A stretch of DNA of 32,000 nucleotides from Erysipelotrichaceae bacterium (GCA_028698185.1 JAQVDW010000005.1:60001-92000), one strand, 5' to 3'; counted from the stretch's first letter, positions 7,974 to 18,087 are shown. A program made the numbers and translations. Notes: generated by a model from the letters alone, not told the origin.

Positions 7974-10238
7974 ATGGTTTTAAGCAAAGATAATTTGTTT
8001 CGTGGCAGTTGGATTTATGGCAATAATTTTGATTATGGCCTTGATGATGCCGGCTACTATCAAAACAATCATAATGCAGTCCTGATTAAACAATTTGAAG
8101 TCAAAGACTTCAAAGAAGCCAGTTTTTATATAGCCGCACTTGGCTATTACATCCTGAAAATCAATGGCAAAAGGGTTGGGGATTATGAGTTGAACTCGGA
8201 TTGGACGGACTATCAAAAAATCGTATATTATGATGAATATGACATCTCCAGTTACCTTAAAGACGGAACGAACTATCTTGAAATTGAATTGGGTAACGGG
8301 ATGTATAACCCATCGCCATTGAAACTTTTTGGAAAATACAACTTGCGGGAAAAACTGGCTGAGGTGGGCACGCCAAAGATCATCTGTGATCTTGAAGCTG
8401 ACGGTGAAATTATTATTCGCTCAGACAGTTCATGGGAATATGTCAACGGGCAGTTCCTTTTCAACAACCTTTACCTTGGGGAAACAGTTGATTTCAATTA
8501 TCATGACCCAATCAAAAAACCGGTCAGCACAGTATGCGACCACCGCAATTACCAGTCGTCTTTCATCCCGAAAGTCCGGCGCATCAAGGCAGTCAAGGAT
8601 TATGAGCTTGCCGAAACTGCAAATGGTCTTATGGTTGATTTCCATGAAATGATTTCGGGATTCATCAAGATCAGCTTCAAGTCTGCCAAAGGTACTGAAG
8701 TAACCATCAGATACAGCGAATTCAAAAACGGCGATGAGCTGGAATTTGAATCGAGCTATGCCGGAAGTGTCGGCATGGTTATTGAAGGTCACAACATCAC
8801 CGGAGGACCTGGAGCGCCGGATAAGGGAATCCAAACCGATGTGATAATCGCCAATGAAGGTGTCAACGAGTTTGAAAACAAGTTCACTTATCATTCATTC
8901 CGGTATGCGCTGATTGAAGGTCTTGGGTCCGATGATATCATATCCTTGGAAGCGATCTATGTCCATACGGATCTTAAATACACTGGGAAAGTCAACTCTG
9001 AGCACGAATATTACAACGACCTTTACGATGCGGCAATCAGGACCAAACTCAACAACGTTCATAGCGTGTTCGAGGACTGCGCCCGGGAAAGGCTTGGTTA
9101 TGGCGGTGACATAGTAGCTTTGGCTTTGTCTAATCTTTACGCATTCGATGTCGAAGCCATGTTCAAAAAGACGATCATCGATTTTAGGATCGAGCAGACT
9201 GAAAACGGCGGCTTGCCGGAAACCGCGCCTTTCATGGGAATCGGATCAAATGGGACAGCCTATGGTGAAGGGCCGCTGCTGTGGCAGTTCGTCTATCCAT
9301 ACCTGATTGTCAAGAACTATCAATTCTATGGAGATAGAGAAACACTTGCAAATGAGTATCCATATTACCTGAAGCTGGTAGACTACTTGCTGAGTTTCAA
9401 TCTCGATGAACTGGCAACCCGTTGCCTGGGCGACCATGGCAGTGTCCTGACAGCTGGCAGCTTCAAAACATCCACACCGGACAAGCTGTTCACCGGCTAT
9501 TGCACAATCCTGATGTTTGTCGAATATCTTATAAAAATGCAGCATGTCCTGGAAATTGATTCACATGAATATCAAGGGAAATATGACAGGATCAAAGATG
9601 CCATTACCTCCAAGTTCCAAAACAGCGACGGTTCTTTTGGCGACGCGACCCAGACATCATATGCCTTTGCAATCGAAGCCAATCTAGGCGACATTGAAAA
9701 TCTGGTCAATCAGTTAGTGGGAAAAATCGAAACTGATGATTATGTGATCAATGCCGGGATTTTTGGAATGGCGTTTATTTATGACATCCTGAACAAGCAC
9801 CATTTCGATGAAGTGATCGAAAAATGGCTTAACCGGGAAGAAGCACCTTCATTCAAGAATATGCTTGCCAAGGGGAGCAAGGTTCTTGAGGAGCAGTTCT
9901 TCAACAAATATTCATCATATAACCATGCGATGTTCTCAAGCTATGTCCAATGGTATTACCAGGGACTAGGCGGCATCCGGGTCGAGCAAGATGCCATTGG
10001 CTGTGACAGCGTGTCAATCTGTCCGTATTTTTCCAAGCGGGTCAATGACTACGAATGTTCCTTCGATTCACGACAAGGAATGTTTAGAGTAGCCTGGCAA
10101 AGAACCGGGGACCATGTTGAATGCACCATTGATTTGCCTGAATGCCTGAACGATTGCCGGATAAATATCGGGGCAAGATATGAGGTTGTAAAGGAAAATC
10201 ACAGCACCACCAGACATGCATATGTAATCAAGGATTAA
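7974..10238 (+). CDS. Alpha-L-rhamnosidase (GH78 family), cytoplasmic
   Basis: The N-terminal segment FYIAALGYYILKINGKRVGDYELNSDWTDYQKIVYYDEYDISSYLKDGTNYLEIELGNG matches the characteristic GH78 N-terminal beta-sandwich. The rest of the 754 aa is consistent in size with a six-hairpin catalytic domain (…ERLGYGGD…). There is no signal peptide. The gene lies in a rhamnose catabolic locus. Confidence 0.75.
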   Translation: MVLSKDNLFRGSWIYGNNFDYGLDDAGYYQNNHNAVLIKQFEVKDFKEASFYIAALGYYILKINGKRVGDYELNSDWTDYQKIVYYDEYDISSYLKDGTNYLEIELGNGMYNPSPLKLFGKYNLREKLAEVGTPKIICDLEADGEIIIRSDSSWEYVNGQFLFNNLYLGETVDFNYHDPIKKPVSTVCDHRNYQSSFIPKVRRIKAVKDYELAETANGLMVDFHEMISGFIKISFKSAKGTEVTIRYSEFKNGDELEFESSYAGSVGMVIEGHNITGGPGAPDKGIQTDVIIANEGVNEFENKFTYHSFRYALIEGLGSDDIISLEAIYVHTDLKYTGKVNSEHEYYNDLYDAAIRTKLNNVHSVFEDCARERLGYGGDIVALALSNLYAFDVEAMFKKTIIDFRIEQTENGGLPETAPFMGIGSNGTAYGEGPLLWQFVYPYLIVKNYQFYGDRETLANEYPYYLKLVDYLLSFNLDELATRCLGDHGSVLTAGSFKTSTPDKLFTGYCTILMFVEYLIKMQHVLEIDSHEYQGKYDRIKDAITSKFQNSDGSFGDATQTSYAFAIEANLGDIENLVNQLVGKIETDDYVINAGIFGMAFIYDILNKHHFDEVIEKWLNREEAPSFKNMLAKGSKVLEEQFFNKYSSYNHAMFSSYVQWYYQGLGGIRVEQDAIGCDSVSICPYFSKRVNDYECSFDSRQGMFRVAWQRTGDHVECTIDLPECLNDCRINIGARYEVVKENHSTTRHAYVIKD

Positions 10239-10246
10239 TAACAGAC

Positions 10247-10279
10247 AAATGAAAAGATAACCAGGTTATCTTTTCATTT
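10247..10279 (+). terminator. Strong AT-rich hairpin after the rhamnosidase gene (possible terminator/attenuator)
   Basis: AAATGAAAAGATAACC-a-GGTTATCTTTTCATTT has 16-nt perfectly complementary arms. The T-rich tract is part of the descending arm, so it may give only partial termination. Confidence 0.45.
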
Positions 10280-10309
10280 ACCCAAAATACATGAATTGAG
10301 GAAGAGAAA

Positions 10310-12148
10310 ATGAGAAAGAAGTTAATAACAACCGCAGTATCATCATTGATGGTGGCTTCACTGTTGTCTATGAACACGGTGAATGCTGCTGTCAATATTT
10401 TTTCACCAGCCAATGTAAGCGGTACTACTGCGAGCTATAAAGCGAGCGAGGCAGGATTCAAATCGATCTACAGCGACTTGCTCACTCCGACATATTATAT
10501 CTTTGCCGGGGCCAGAACGGACCAGCAGGCCAACGAACTGATTGATGAACTTGGCATGATGGCCAATATCGAAGAGTGGGCCAGCGATGTCAATGTCATT
10601 TCGCCATTGAACGGGACAGACTATACCCAAGCTGATATGGATGCCTTCATCAATTCGGTGGGAATAGCGAGAAACGTCAAGGTCATCGGAATCGATACGG
10701 GGGCTACTTTCGTCAACAATTTCATCTCGCAAAACTGCTACTTCGTCGCCGGAATCATGGTTTATGGCGGGGAAATGAATGAGGGACTGGACTACAATGT
10801 GGCGGTGCCGGCTTATCTAAGCAATCAGAGTGAAACTGCGGTCAACTATTACAAACAGGCCAATGGAACAGACTCAAATCAAAGCAATGAAGGCTATGAA
10901 CTTGACAGCAACAAGGCGCATCCGCTCCAACAGGTGGGGATTGCCAACGGTGAAGAAACCCTGGCTCAGGCTTTTGCGAATGCCTGGGATGCGGTTTTCT
11001 CAAAGAATTACCGCCACCATATCTCAACAACCGAATTCTACAATATGCCAGTTACCGGGGTGAATTACGTAGGCAGCGTCCTGGAGAACGCCTTCGAACC
11101 TTACACTTTGGTGGAAATTCCGCAATTCGACGATCTGGGCATAACTTACAACCAGATGTTCGATCAGCCGGTTTCGAATATGCCAGGAGCATACACCTGG
11201 TTTGAATACCTGCCTGAAGACACTCTGGCAAGTGCCGATGGATCGGTTCCTCTGGTTGTGACTCTTCATGGCAACCAGAATGATCCGCGCCTGCAAGGTG
11301 ATGCATCGGGATGGGTTGAACTGGCGGCTCAGGAAAATTTCATGGTTGTTTCACCGGAATATCAGGACAAGAGCGAAAACAACTTTTTTGGCGGTGACGG
11401 TCTTGGTGATGAAGGGCTGTACAACCTGATCAAGGATCTGGAAGTCAAGTATCCCCAAATCGATTCTTCAAGAATCTACGTTACCGGTCTTTCTCAAGGC
11501 GGGGCCAAGTCATCGCTGCTTGGCATCAAATACAGCGATGTCTTCGCGGCGGTCGGAGTGGTTTCCGGAGTCAATGTCTACAATGATGAAATTCAAAGTC
11601 TCGTGGCCGATTACCAGGGCAATCAGACGGCATACCTTTACATGTGCGGGGATCACGACTTCTTCCAAATGATTCCAGTCGATGGTTCAAGCACCCATGG
11701 ATTAACTGAACTGACTAATGGCGAAGCCAATATCTGGCAACTGGATCCCAACACCCATATCTACCCGGCTCTTCAGGCTTATCAAAAAATCAACGGCCTG
11801 GCAGTGACTGAAATGGATATGTCAGCCAACAGCTATTACGGTATGGCTCTTGACAACTGGCATGATGAAACGTTGGGCGACAAGACAATGCATGTTGGAA
11901 CCCTGTCAAACGACAAAGGTGTGGTGATGAAGCTGGCAGCCGTGGAAAACCTGGCACACTGGAACTATAAACCAGAAGCAGCCTACATCTGGGATTTCTT
12001 CAACAACTATCAAAGAGACATGGTAACAGGTGAGCTGGTGCTTGTCAAAAACGACAGCAATTCAATCAGTCCATTCGTCATTGTCGGTGGTATGGCGGTG
12101 ATCGGTGTGGCAATCTACATTGTTATCAAAAGGACGAAAAAAGCTTGA
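10310..12148 (+). CDS. Secreted, C-terminally membrane-anchored alpha/beta-hydrolase (PHB-depolymerase/feruloyl-esterase-like carbohydrate esterase)
   Basis: It has a signal peptide (MRKKLITTAVSSLMVASLLSMNTVNA|AV). The C-terminal half has esterase signatures: LVVTLHGNQND, the nucleophile elbow GLSQGG, and CGDHDFF. The final ~30 aa are a hydrophobic helix plus a basic tail (FVIVGGMAVIGVAIYIVIKRTKKA). The N-terminal ~280 aa are not recognisable. Confidence 0.65.
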   Translation: MRKKLITTAVSSLMVASLLSMNTVNAAVNIFSPANVSGTTASYKASEAGFKSIYSDLLTPTYYIFAGARTDQQANELIDELGMMANIEEWASDVNVISPLNGTDYTQADMDAFINSVGIARNVKVIGIDTGATFVNNFISQNCYFVAGIMVYGGEMNEGLDYNVAVPAYLSNQSETAVNYYKQANGTDSNQSNEGYELDSNKAHPLQQVGIANGEETLAQAFANAWDAVFSKNYRHHISTTEFYNMPVTGVNYVGSVLENAFEPYTLVEIPQFDDLGITYNQMFDQPVSNMPGAYTWFEYLPEDTLASADGSVPLVVTLHGNQNDPRLQGDASGWVELAAQENFMVVSPEYQDKSENNFFGGDGLGDEGLYNLIKDLEVKYPQIDSSRIYVTGLSQGGAKSSLLGIKYSDVFAAVGVVSGVNVYNDEIQSLVADYQGNQTAYLYMCGDHDFFQMIPVDGSSTHGLTELTNGEANIWQLDPNTHIYPALQAYQKINGLAVTEMDMSANSYYGMALDNWHDETLGDKTMHVGTLSNDKGVVMKLAAVENLAHWNYKPEAAYIWDFFNNYQRDMVTGELVLVKNDSNSISPFVIVGGMAVIGVAIYIVIKRTKKA

Positions 12149-12185
12149 CAATCAAATAACAAGGTGGATAACAACCCTTGAATCC

Positions 12186-12209
12186 AAAACCCTTGCATGC
12201 AAGGGTTTT
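12186..12209 (+). terminator. Intrinsic terminator after the esterase gene
   Basis: AAAACCCTTGCATGCAAGGGTTTT is a perfect palindrome forming a GC-containing stem, followed by tGAATTT. Confidence 0.6.
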
Positions 12210-12213
12210 GAAT

Positions 12214-12241
12214 TTGTCTGGGCTGTAAATTATGGTATAAT
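12214..12241 (+). promoter_or_regulatory. Putative extended -10 promoter of the second AraC regulator
   Basis: TTGTCT (12214-12219), 16 nt, TGgTATAAT (TG at 12233-12234, TATAAT at 12236-12241). Confidence 0.45.
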
Positions 12242-12275
12242 GCGATTACAAGGCAGTTATGAAAGAGGTGGCAGC

Positions 12276-13247
12276 ATGATTTCACAAGATATCCTGGAGA
12301 AGCTGATCTGTTTTACAGATGAGGAGATCGACAATCTCAACAAGAAGAACACCATCGACTACAGCATCTTCGAAAGCGAAGATTCCAATGTCATCGATGC
12401 GGCCAAGATTCTTGAAAACGGGGCTCAGCTGGCCATCCGCAAGCATGCCCGGTTCATGGAATATCCCAAACACCGCCACAACTATCTCGAGTTGATGTAT
12501 GTGTACAGCGGCAAGATGACCCACCATATTGAAAACAAAGCCATCGTCATCAACCAGGGCGAACTGCTGCTGCTCAACCAGAATATCGAGCATTCGATCG
12601 AGTATTGCAATGAGGACGATATCATCTTCAATTTCATCATCAGACCGGATTTCCTTGAGTTTTTGGCAACGATGATCGAGGATGAAAATGAAATCAACCA
12701 GTTCATCTTCAATGCCCTCTATTCCAGTGCCAATAATGGCGAGTATCTGGTTTTCAAGGTTGCCGAAATCGAAAAGATCAAGGATGATGTCGAGTCGATA
12801 ATTACCTCGCTATATCAGGGCGCAACGACGACCTTGACCCTCAAGCTGCTGGTCGGCCTGCTTTTAAGCGATCTGATGTATTATCCCGAGACAATCGAAA
12901 CCTACAGCGCCAACAGTTTCGATTTGGTTGTTCTTAGCGGCATCTACAAATACATCGAAACCAACTACCAGAAGGCCTCGCTAGGTGAGCTTTCCAGGAA
13001 GATAAACCAGCCCGACTACAAGATCTGCAAGATTGTCAAGAAGATGACCGGCAAGACGTTTAAGGCGCTGGTCCAGGAGGTCCGGCTCAACAAGGCGGCC
13101 AGCCTGCTCAAAACGACCAATTTGCCGGTTTCGTCAATCATCAATGAAGTCGGTTACGACAACATGACTTACTTTTATCGGATTTTCGGCGATAAATTCA
13201 AGCAAAAGCCGAATGAATACCGGATTGGCAGCAAACCAAACAAGTGA
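12276..13247 (+). CDS. AraC-family transcriptional regulator (cupin + HTH), likely rhamnose regulator
   Basis: It has a cupin core (KHRHNYLELMYVYSG…GELLLLNQNIEHS) and C-terminal AraC HTHs (LGELSRKINQPDYKICKIVKKMTGKTFKALVQEVRLNKAASLL, SSIINEVGYDNMTYFYRIFGDKFKQKPNEYR). I place the start at ATG 12276, preceded by AGAGGTGG. The ORF-track start at 12105 overlaps the esterase gene and crosses the terminator. Confidence 0.85.
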   Translation: MISQDILEKLICFTDEEIDNLNKKNTIDYSIFESEDSNVIDAAKILENGAQLAIRKHARFMEYPKHRHNYLELMYVYSGKMTHHIENKAIVINQGELLLLNQNIEHSIEYCNEDDIIFNFIIRPDFLEFLATMIEDENEINQFIFNALYSSANNGEYLVFKVAEIEKIKDDVESIITSLYQGATTTLTLKLLVGLLLSDLMYYPETIETYSANSFDLVVLSGIYKYIETNYQKASLGELSRKINQPDYKICKIVKKMTGKTFKALVQEVRLNKAASLLKTTNLPVSSIINEVGYDNMTYFYRIFGDKFKQKPNEYRIGSKPNK

Positions 13248-13254
13248 ATCGATA

Positions 13255-13328
13255 TAACCTGATTGCAAATCAGGTTAATAAATAAGACAACCCACGACAT
13301 TACAAAACGGGCTGTTTTTTTTTATACT
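13255..13328 (+). promoter_or_regulatory. rhaB upstream control region: 9-bp-arm inverted repeat plus candidate -35/-10
   Basis: TAACCTGAT-tgcaa-ATCAGGTTA lies at 13255-13277. Candidate promoter elements are TTACAA (13300-13305), 17 nt containing a T9 run, then TATACT (13323-13328). The repeat could instead be the terminator hairpin of the AraC gene; this is ambiguous. Confidence 0.3.
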
Positions 13329-13345
13329 TGTTTTGAGGTGAGAAT

Positions 13346-14722
13346 ATGAATTATTATCTGGCAATCGATATCGGCGCATCCAGCGGCCGGCATATCCTGT
13401 GCAGCCTGCAAGATGACAAACTGGTCCTGGAAGAAGTATATCGGTTTTGCAACAATGTAGTTAAAAAAGAAGGTCATTATCATTGGGATATCGACAATCT
13501 CTTTGATCAGATCAAAACGGGTTTGAAGGAATGCAAGAAAGTGGGCAAGATCCCCAAGACAATGGCGATCGACACCTGGGCGGTTGATTATGCCCTGCTT
13601 GATAAAAGCGGCCAGGCTATCAACGGGGTTTACGCCTATCGGGATTCCCGCAACGATAAGGGGGTCAAATCAATCCAAAGCAAGATCGCTCCAGAAAAGC
13701 TTTACGGACTGACCGGACTCCAGTTCCAAAAGTTCAACACCATCTATCAGCTTTCAAGCGAAGATGACAGGGCTAAAAAGGAAGCATGTGATTTCCTGAT
13801 GGTTCCCGACTATCTCAACTATCTCCTTACCGGAGAAATGGCAAACGAGTACACCAACATGTCGACAACCCAGCTGCTCGACATCAAGACCAATAAGCTT
13901 GATGAAAGCCTGGTGGAACTGACGGGATTCAATCCGGACATCTTCAAGAAGATGGTGATGCCTGGGACCAAGCTGGGCCACTTTGCTAAGGACATTGCCG
14001 GCGAAGTTGGTTTTGACTGCGAAGTTGTCGTTCCGGCAACCCATGATACCGGCAGCGCCTATATGGCGGCTATCGAAGCCAACAGCATCATCCTTTCATC
14101 GGGAACCTGGTCGCTGCTGGGCATCGAGAGCTTGGAGCCGATTGTCAATGAGGCGGCCCGGTTGGCCAACTTCACCAATGAGGGCGGCTACAATTACCGT
14201 TACCGGTTCTTGAAAAACATCATGGGGCTCTGGATCATCCAGGAAGTAGCCCGAGAGTACCATGGCGAATACGGTTTTGGCCAGCTGGTCGAAATGGCAA
14301 GAAAAGAGCCGTTTAAAGGGATCTTCGATGTCAATGCCGACCGCTTCTTGAAGCCGGAAAACATGATTGAAGAAATCATTGCCTACTTCAAGGAACGCGA
14401 CCAGGCCTGTCCCAAAACCGCAGGCGAAATCGCCTATTGTGTCTACAATTCCCTGGCGTACTGCTACAAAGAGGCCATCGAGGAATTGGAAGCAATCACC
14501 GGCAATGAGTATGGAACAATCAATATCATCGGCGGTGGATGCCAGAATATCCTGCTCAATGAGATGATTGCGGCCACCTGCAATAAGAGGGTCGTGGCTG
14601 GTCCAATCGAGGCAACGGCATTGGGCAATATCCTTTCACAGCTAATCAGTGATGGTGTGGTCAACTCGCTTGAGCAAGGCCGTAAGCTGATCCGGGATTC
14701 ATTTGAAATTAAAACATACTAG
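13346..14722 (+). CDS. rhaB: Rhamnulokinase
   Basis: This is an FGGY-family kinase with the N-terminus MNYYLAIDIGASSGRHIL and motifs AIDTWAVDYALLD and IIGGGCQN. It is 458 aa and sits immediately upstream of rhaA and rhaD. Confidence 0.9.
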   Translation: MNYYLAIDIGASSGRHILCSLQDDKLVLEEVYRFCNNVVKKEGHYHWDIDNLFDQIKTGLKECKKVGKIPKTMAIDTWAVDYALLDKSGQAINGVYAYRDSRNDKGVKSIQSKIAPEKLYGLTGLQFQKFNTIYQLSSEDDRAKKEACDFLMVPDYLNYLLTGEMANEYTNMSTTQLLDIKTNKLDESLVELTGFNPDIFKKMVMPGTKLGHFAKDIAGEVGFDCEVVVPATHDTGSAYMAAIEANSIILSSGTWSLLGIESLEPIVNEAARLANFTNEGGYNYRYRFLKNIMGLWIIQEVAREYHGEYGFGQLVEMARKEPFKGIFDVNADRFLKPENMIEEIIAYFKERDQACPKTAGEIAYCVYNSLAYCYKEAIEELEAITGNEYGTINIIGGGCQNILLNEMIAATCNKRVVAGPIEATALGNILSQLISDGVVNSLEQGRKLIRDSFEIKTY

Positions 14723-14734
14723 AGGAGAATAGAG

Positions 14735-15994
14735 ATGGATTTTGAAAAAAGATATCAAGAAGCAAAAGAAGTGTATGCGACTTTAGGCATCGATGTCGAT
14801 GGAGCGTTGGAAAAATTGGATAATTTCCCGATTTCAATGCACTGCTGGCAAGGTGATGACGTGGTCGGATTTGACGGGGCAGGTGCTCTTAGCGGTGGAA
14901 TCCAGACAACTGGAAACTATCCCGGAAAAGCGACAACTCCCGAGCAACTGATGGGAGACATCGACAAGGTTTTTTCACTGACACCGGGAAAAAAACACCG
15001 GATCAACCTTCACGCCTGTTATGCGATTTTCCAGGAAGGTCAATGGGCTGACCGTGATCAACTTGAACCAAAACACTTCCAGGCTTGGGTTGACTATGCC
15101 AAACAAAGAGGGCTGGGACTGGATTTCAATCCGACTATCTTCTCCCATCCAAAAGCGACAGGGTTGACTCTGTCTTCACCGGATAAGGAAATCCGCGATT
15201 TCTGGATCAGACACAGCCAGGCCTGCATTAGAATCAGCGAATATTTCGCAACTGAACTGGGCACACCTTGTCTGATGAATATCTGGATTCCCGATGGTTT
15301 GAAGGATATCCCCGGTGACCGGATGGCACCACGAAGAAGATTCAAGGAATCGTTGGATGAGATCCTGTCAATCGATTATGACAAGGAAAAAGTTCTTGTA
15401 TGTCTGGAATCGAAGGTGTTTGGAATCGGGATGGAATCATACACCGTCGGATCATCGGAGTTCACCTTGAACTATGCCAAGAGTGCGGGAATCACTCCAT
15501 TGATGGACAACGGCCACTATCACCCGACCGAAGTCGTTTCCGACAAACTTTCGGCAATGCTGCTGTTCAATGACAAAGTGGCTCTTCACGTGACTCGTCC
15601 GGTACGTTGGGACAGTGACCACGTAGTCCTGTTCGATGATGAAACAAAAGAAATCGCCAAGGAAATCGTCAGAAATGATGCCATGGAACGGGTTCTTGTC
15701 GGGCTTGACTTCTTCGATGCGAGCATCAACCGCATATCGGCTTGGACTGTTGGGATGCACAACATGCAAAAGGCGATGCTCAACGCCTTGTTGACACCAC
15801 ACGCGCAGCTGGCAAAACTGCAGGATGAAGGCAACTTCACGAAAATCATGGCGATCCAGGAAGAGCTGAAGACTTATCCATTCGGTGATGTATGGAACTA
15901 CTACATGGCCAAAAACAATCTGCCATCATATCTTGACTGGTTCAAAGAGATTGAACAATATGAAACAGATGTATTATCGAAAAGGGGACAATAG
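14735..15994 (+). CDS. rhaA: L-rhamnose isomerase
   Basis: It is 419 aa with [20 protein letters not shown] and DNGHYHPTE, which are characteristic of RhaA. GAGGAG lies upstream. Confidence 0.92.
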   Translation: MDFEKRYQEAKEVYATLGIDVDGALEKLDNFPISMHCWQGDDVVGFDGAGALSGGIQTTGNYPGKATTPEQLMGDIDKVFSLTPGKKHRINLHACYAIFQEGQWADRDQLEPKHFQAWVDYAKQRGLGLDFNPTIFSHPKATGLTLSSPDKEIRDFWIRHSQACIRISEYFATELGTPCLMNIWIPDGLKDIPGDRMAPRRRFKESLDEILSIDYDKEKVLVCLESKVFGIGMESYTVGSSEFTLNYAKSAGITPLMDNGHYHPTEVVSDKLSAMLLFNDKVALHVTRPVRWDSDHVVLFDDETKEIAKEIVRNDAMERVLVGLDFFDASINRISAWTVGMHNMQKAMLNALLTPHAQLAKLQDEGNFTKIMAIQEELKTYPFGDVWNYYMAKNNLPSYLDWFKEIEQYETDVLSKRGQ

Positions 15995-15995
15995 A

Positions 15996-16823
15996 ATGAA
16001 TATATTGGAATTGGAATTTATCAAAGGATTCATCCGGATGTGCGACGACGGGTTCAACCAGGGCTGGCATGAACGCAACGGCGGGAACCTGACTTACCGA
16101 ATCAAGGCTGAAGAGATTGCAAAAACAGCAGGAATGCTTGACGAATCCAAGGAATGGGTGGCCATCGGTACCGAAGTGCCTAGCCTGGCTGGGGAGTACT
16201 TCCTGGTTACCGGTTCGGGAAAATATTTCCGCAACGTGGCTCTTGCTCCTGAAACAAATATCGCGATCATCAAAATCGATGATACCGGAACAAAATACCA
16301 GCTGCAATGGGGTCTTGTCGATGGCGGGAAACCGACAAGCGAGCTGCCATCACATCTGATGAACCATGCGGTCAAAAAGGCGGCATCAAACGGTAAACAT
16401 CGGGTTATCTACCATGCCCACACGACCAATGTGATCGCCCTGACTTTCGTATTGCCTTTGCGTGATGAAGTTTTCACTCGGGAACTTTGGGAAATGGCTA
16501 CGGAATGTCCGGTTGTCTTCCCAGGGGGAATCGGAATGGTTCCTTGGATGGTGCCTGGAGGCAAAGCAATCGCTGTGGCAACCTCTAAACTGATGGAAAA
16601 ATACGATGTGGCGATCTGGGCTCATCACGGGATGTTCTGCTCAGGTGAGGATTTCGATCTGACTTTTGGTCTGATGCATACGGTTGAAAAATCGGCGGAA
16701 ATCCTGGTTAAAGTACTGTCAATCCAGCCAACCAAGCTCCAAACTATCCAGGCCGATGAGTTCCGCGAATTGGCTAATGATTTCAATGTCAATTTGCCTG
16801 AAGAATTTCTGTTTGAAAAATAG
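15996..16823 (+). CDS. rhaD: Rhamnulose-1-phosphate aldolase
   Basis: This is a class II aldolase with GWHERNGGNLTYR, SELPSHLM and YHAHTTNVIALT. I place the start at ATG 15996, 1 nt after the rhaA stop. The ORF-track start at 15885 overlaps rhaA. Confidence 0.9.
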   Translation: MNILELEFIKGFIRMCDDGFNQGWHERNGGNLTYRIKAEEIAKTAGMLDESKEWVAIGTEVPSLAGEYFLVTGSGKYFRNVALAPETNIAIIKIDDTGTKYQLQWGLVDGGKPTSELPSHLMNHAVKKAASNGKHRVIYHAHTTNVIALTFVLPLRDEVFTRELWEMATECPVVFPGGIGMVPWMVPGGKAIAVATSKLMEKYDVAIWAHHGMFCSGEDFDLTFGLMHTVEKSAEILVKVLSIQPTKLQTIQADEFRELANDFNVNLPEEFLFEK

Positions 16824-16837
16824 GAGGGGGAACAAAG

Positions 16838-17995
16838 ATGTCAAAAAGATTTATATTAAACGAAACCAGCTACCATGGTAGCGGTGCAATCAAGGAAATT
16901 GTAAGCGAAGCAGTTTCCCGTCAATTCAAAAAAGCCCTTATTGTCACTGACAAGGACCTGGTGAAATTCCAGGTGGTCAAAAAAGTCACTGACCTGTTGG
17001 ACGAGGCGGGACTGGCATACGAGATTTTCGACGAAGTCATGGCCAATCCGACCATCGAACTGGTTACCAATGGAGTCGCTGCCTTCAAAAAAAGCGGGGC
17101 CGACTACATGATCGCCATCGGGGGCGGGTCACCTCAGGATGCGGCCAAGGCGATCGGAATCATCATCAACAATCCAGAATTCGCCGATGTGAGATCTTTG
17201 GAAGGAGTGGCGCCGACCAAAAACAAATGCGTTCCGATTATTGCAGTGGCAACGACAGCTGGAACCGCAGCCGAAACGACAATCAACTACGTCATCACCG
17301 ACGTCCAAAACAAGCGCAAGTTCGTCTGCGTCGATGTCCATGACATCCCGGTTGTGGCGATCGTTGATCCGGACATGATGGCTTCGATGCCAAAAGGACT
17401 TACTGCGGCTACCGGCCTTGATGCCTTGACTCATGCGATTGAAGGGTATACGACTCTAGGAGCGTGGGAACTCGCTGATACTCTCAATCTTAAAGCGATC
17501 GGACTGATTGCAAGAAGCCTGGAAGCAGCCTGCCAGAACGATCCCAAAGGTCGAGAAGACATGGCTTTGGGTCAATATATGACCGGAATGGCTTTCTCGA
17601 ACGTGGGACTGGGTGTGGTCCATGGGATGGCTCATCCACTAAGCGCATTTTACGACACGCCTCATGGCATCGCCAATGCCGTGCTGCTTCCTTACGTGAT
17701 GGAGTACAACAAGGACTTCACCGGTTCGAAATTCAGGGAAATCGCCAGAGCGATGGGTGTGAGTGGTGTCGACGCCATGAGCGAAGCACAGTACAAGCAA
17801 GCAGCTATCGATGCTGTTGTCACATTGTCTAAAAACTGCTCAATTCCTCAGACCTTGAGGGAAATCGGTGTCAAGGAAGAAGACCTGGAAGCCTTGAGCG
17901 AAGCGGCTATGGCCGATGTGTGCACCGGGGGTAATCCGCGTCCTTGCCAAAAGAGCGAAATCCTGGATCTATATAAAAAAGCATATAACGGTTGA
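16838..17995 (+). CDS. fucO: Lactaldehyde reductase (iron-containing alcohol dehydrogenase, 1,2-propanediol oxidoreductase)
   Basis: It belongs to the Fe-ADH family (GGGSPQDAAKAIG, LTHAIEGY, HGMAHPL). It is 385 aa and is the last gene of the rha operon, the usual position for the lactaldehyde-reducing step. AGGAGGGGG lies upstream. Confidence 0.85.
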   Translation: MSKRFILNETSYHGSGAIKEIVSEAVSRQFKKALIVTDKDLVKFQVVKKVTDLLDEAGLAYEIFDEVMANPTIELVTNGVAAFKKSGADYMIAIGGGSPQDAAKAIGIIINNPEFADVRSLEGVAPTKNKCVPIIAVATTAGTAAETTINYVITDVQNKRKFVCVDVHDIPVVAIVDPDMMASMPKGLTAATGLDALTHAIEGYTTLGAWELADTLNLKAIGLIARSLEAACQNDPKGREDMALGQYMTGMAFSNVGLGVVHGMAHPLSAFYDTPHGIANAVLLPYVMEYNKDFTGSKFREIARAMGVSGVDAMSEAQYKQAAIDAVVTLSKNCSIPQTLREIGVKEEDLEALSEAAMADVCTGGNPRPCQKSEILDLYKKAYNG

Positions 17996-18087
17996 TCGGC
18001 TGCCATGATTGACCTTATCCTCCAATAATATTGATCACCTGCGGCTATACCATTTTTGATTTTACAACACTACCACGAATATTATCC

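Noticed and set aside
12105-12275. The ORF-track start at 12105 for the AraC regulator (380 aa), and similarly extended starts at 15885 (rhaD), 20642 (nitroreductase), 25310 (Fe-S protein), 28446 (MFS) and 29798 (AKR/Fe-S).
   Set aside because: The extensions overlap upstream genes or run through terminators, and they lack RBSs. Internal ATGs preceded by GGAGG-type sites give family-typical N-termini.
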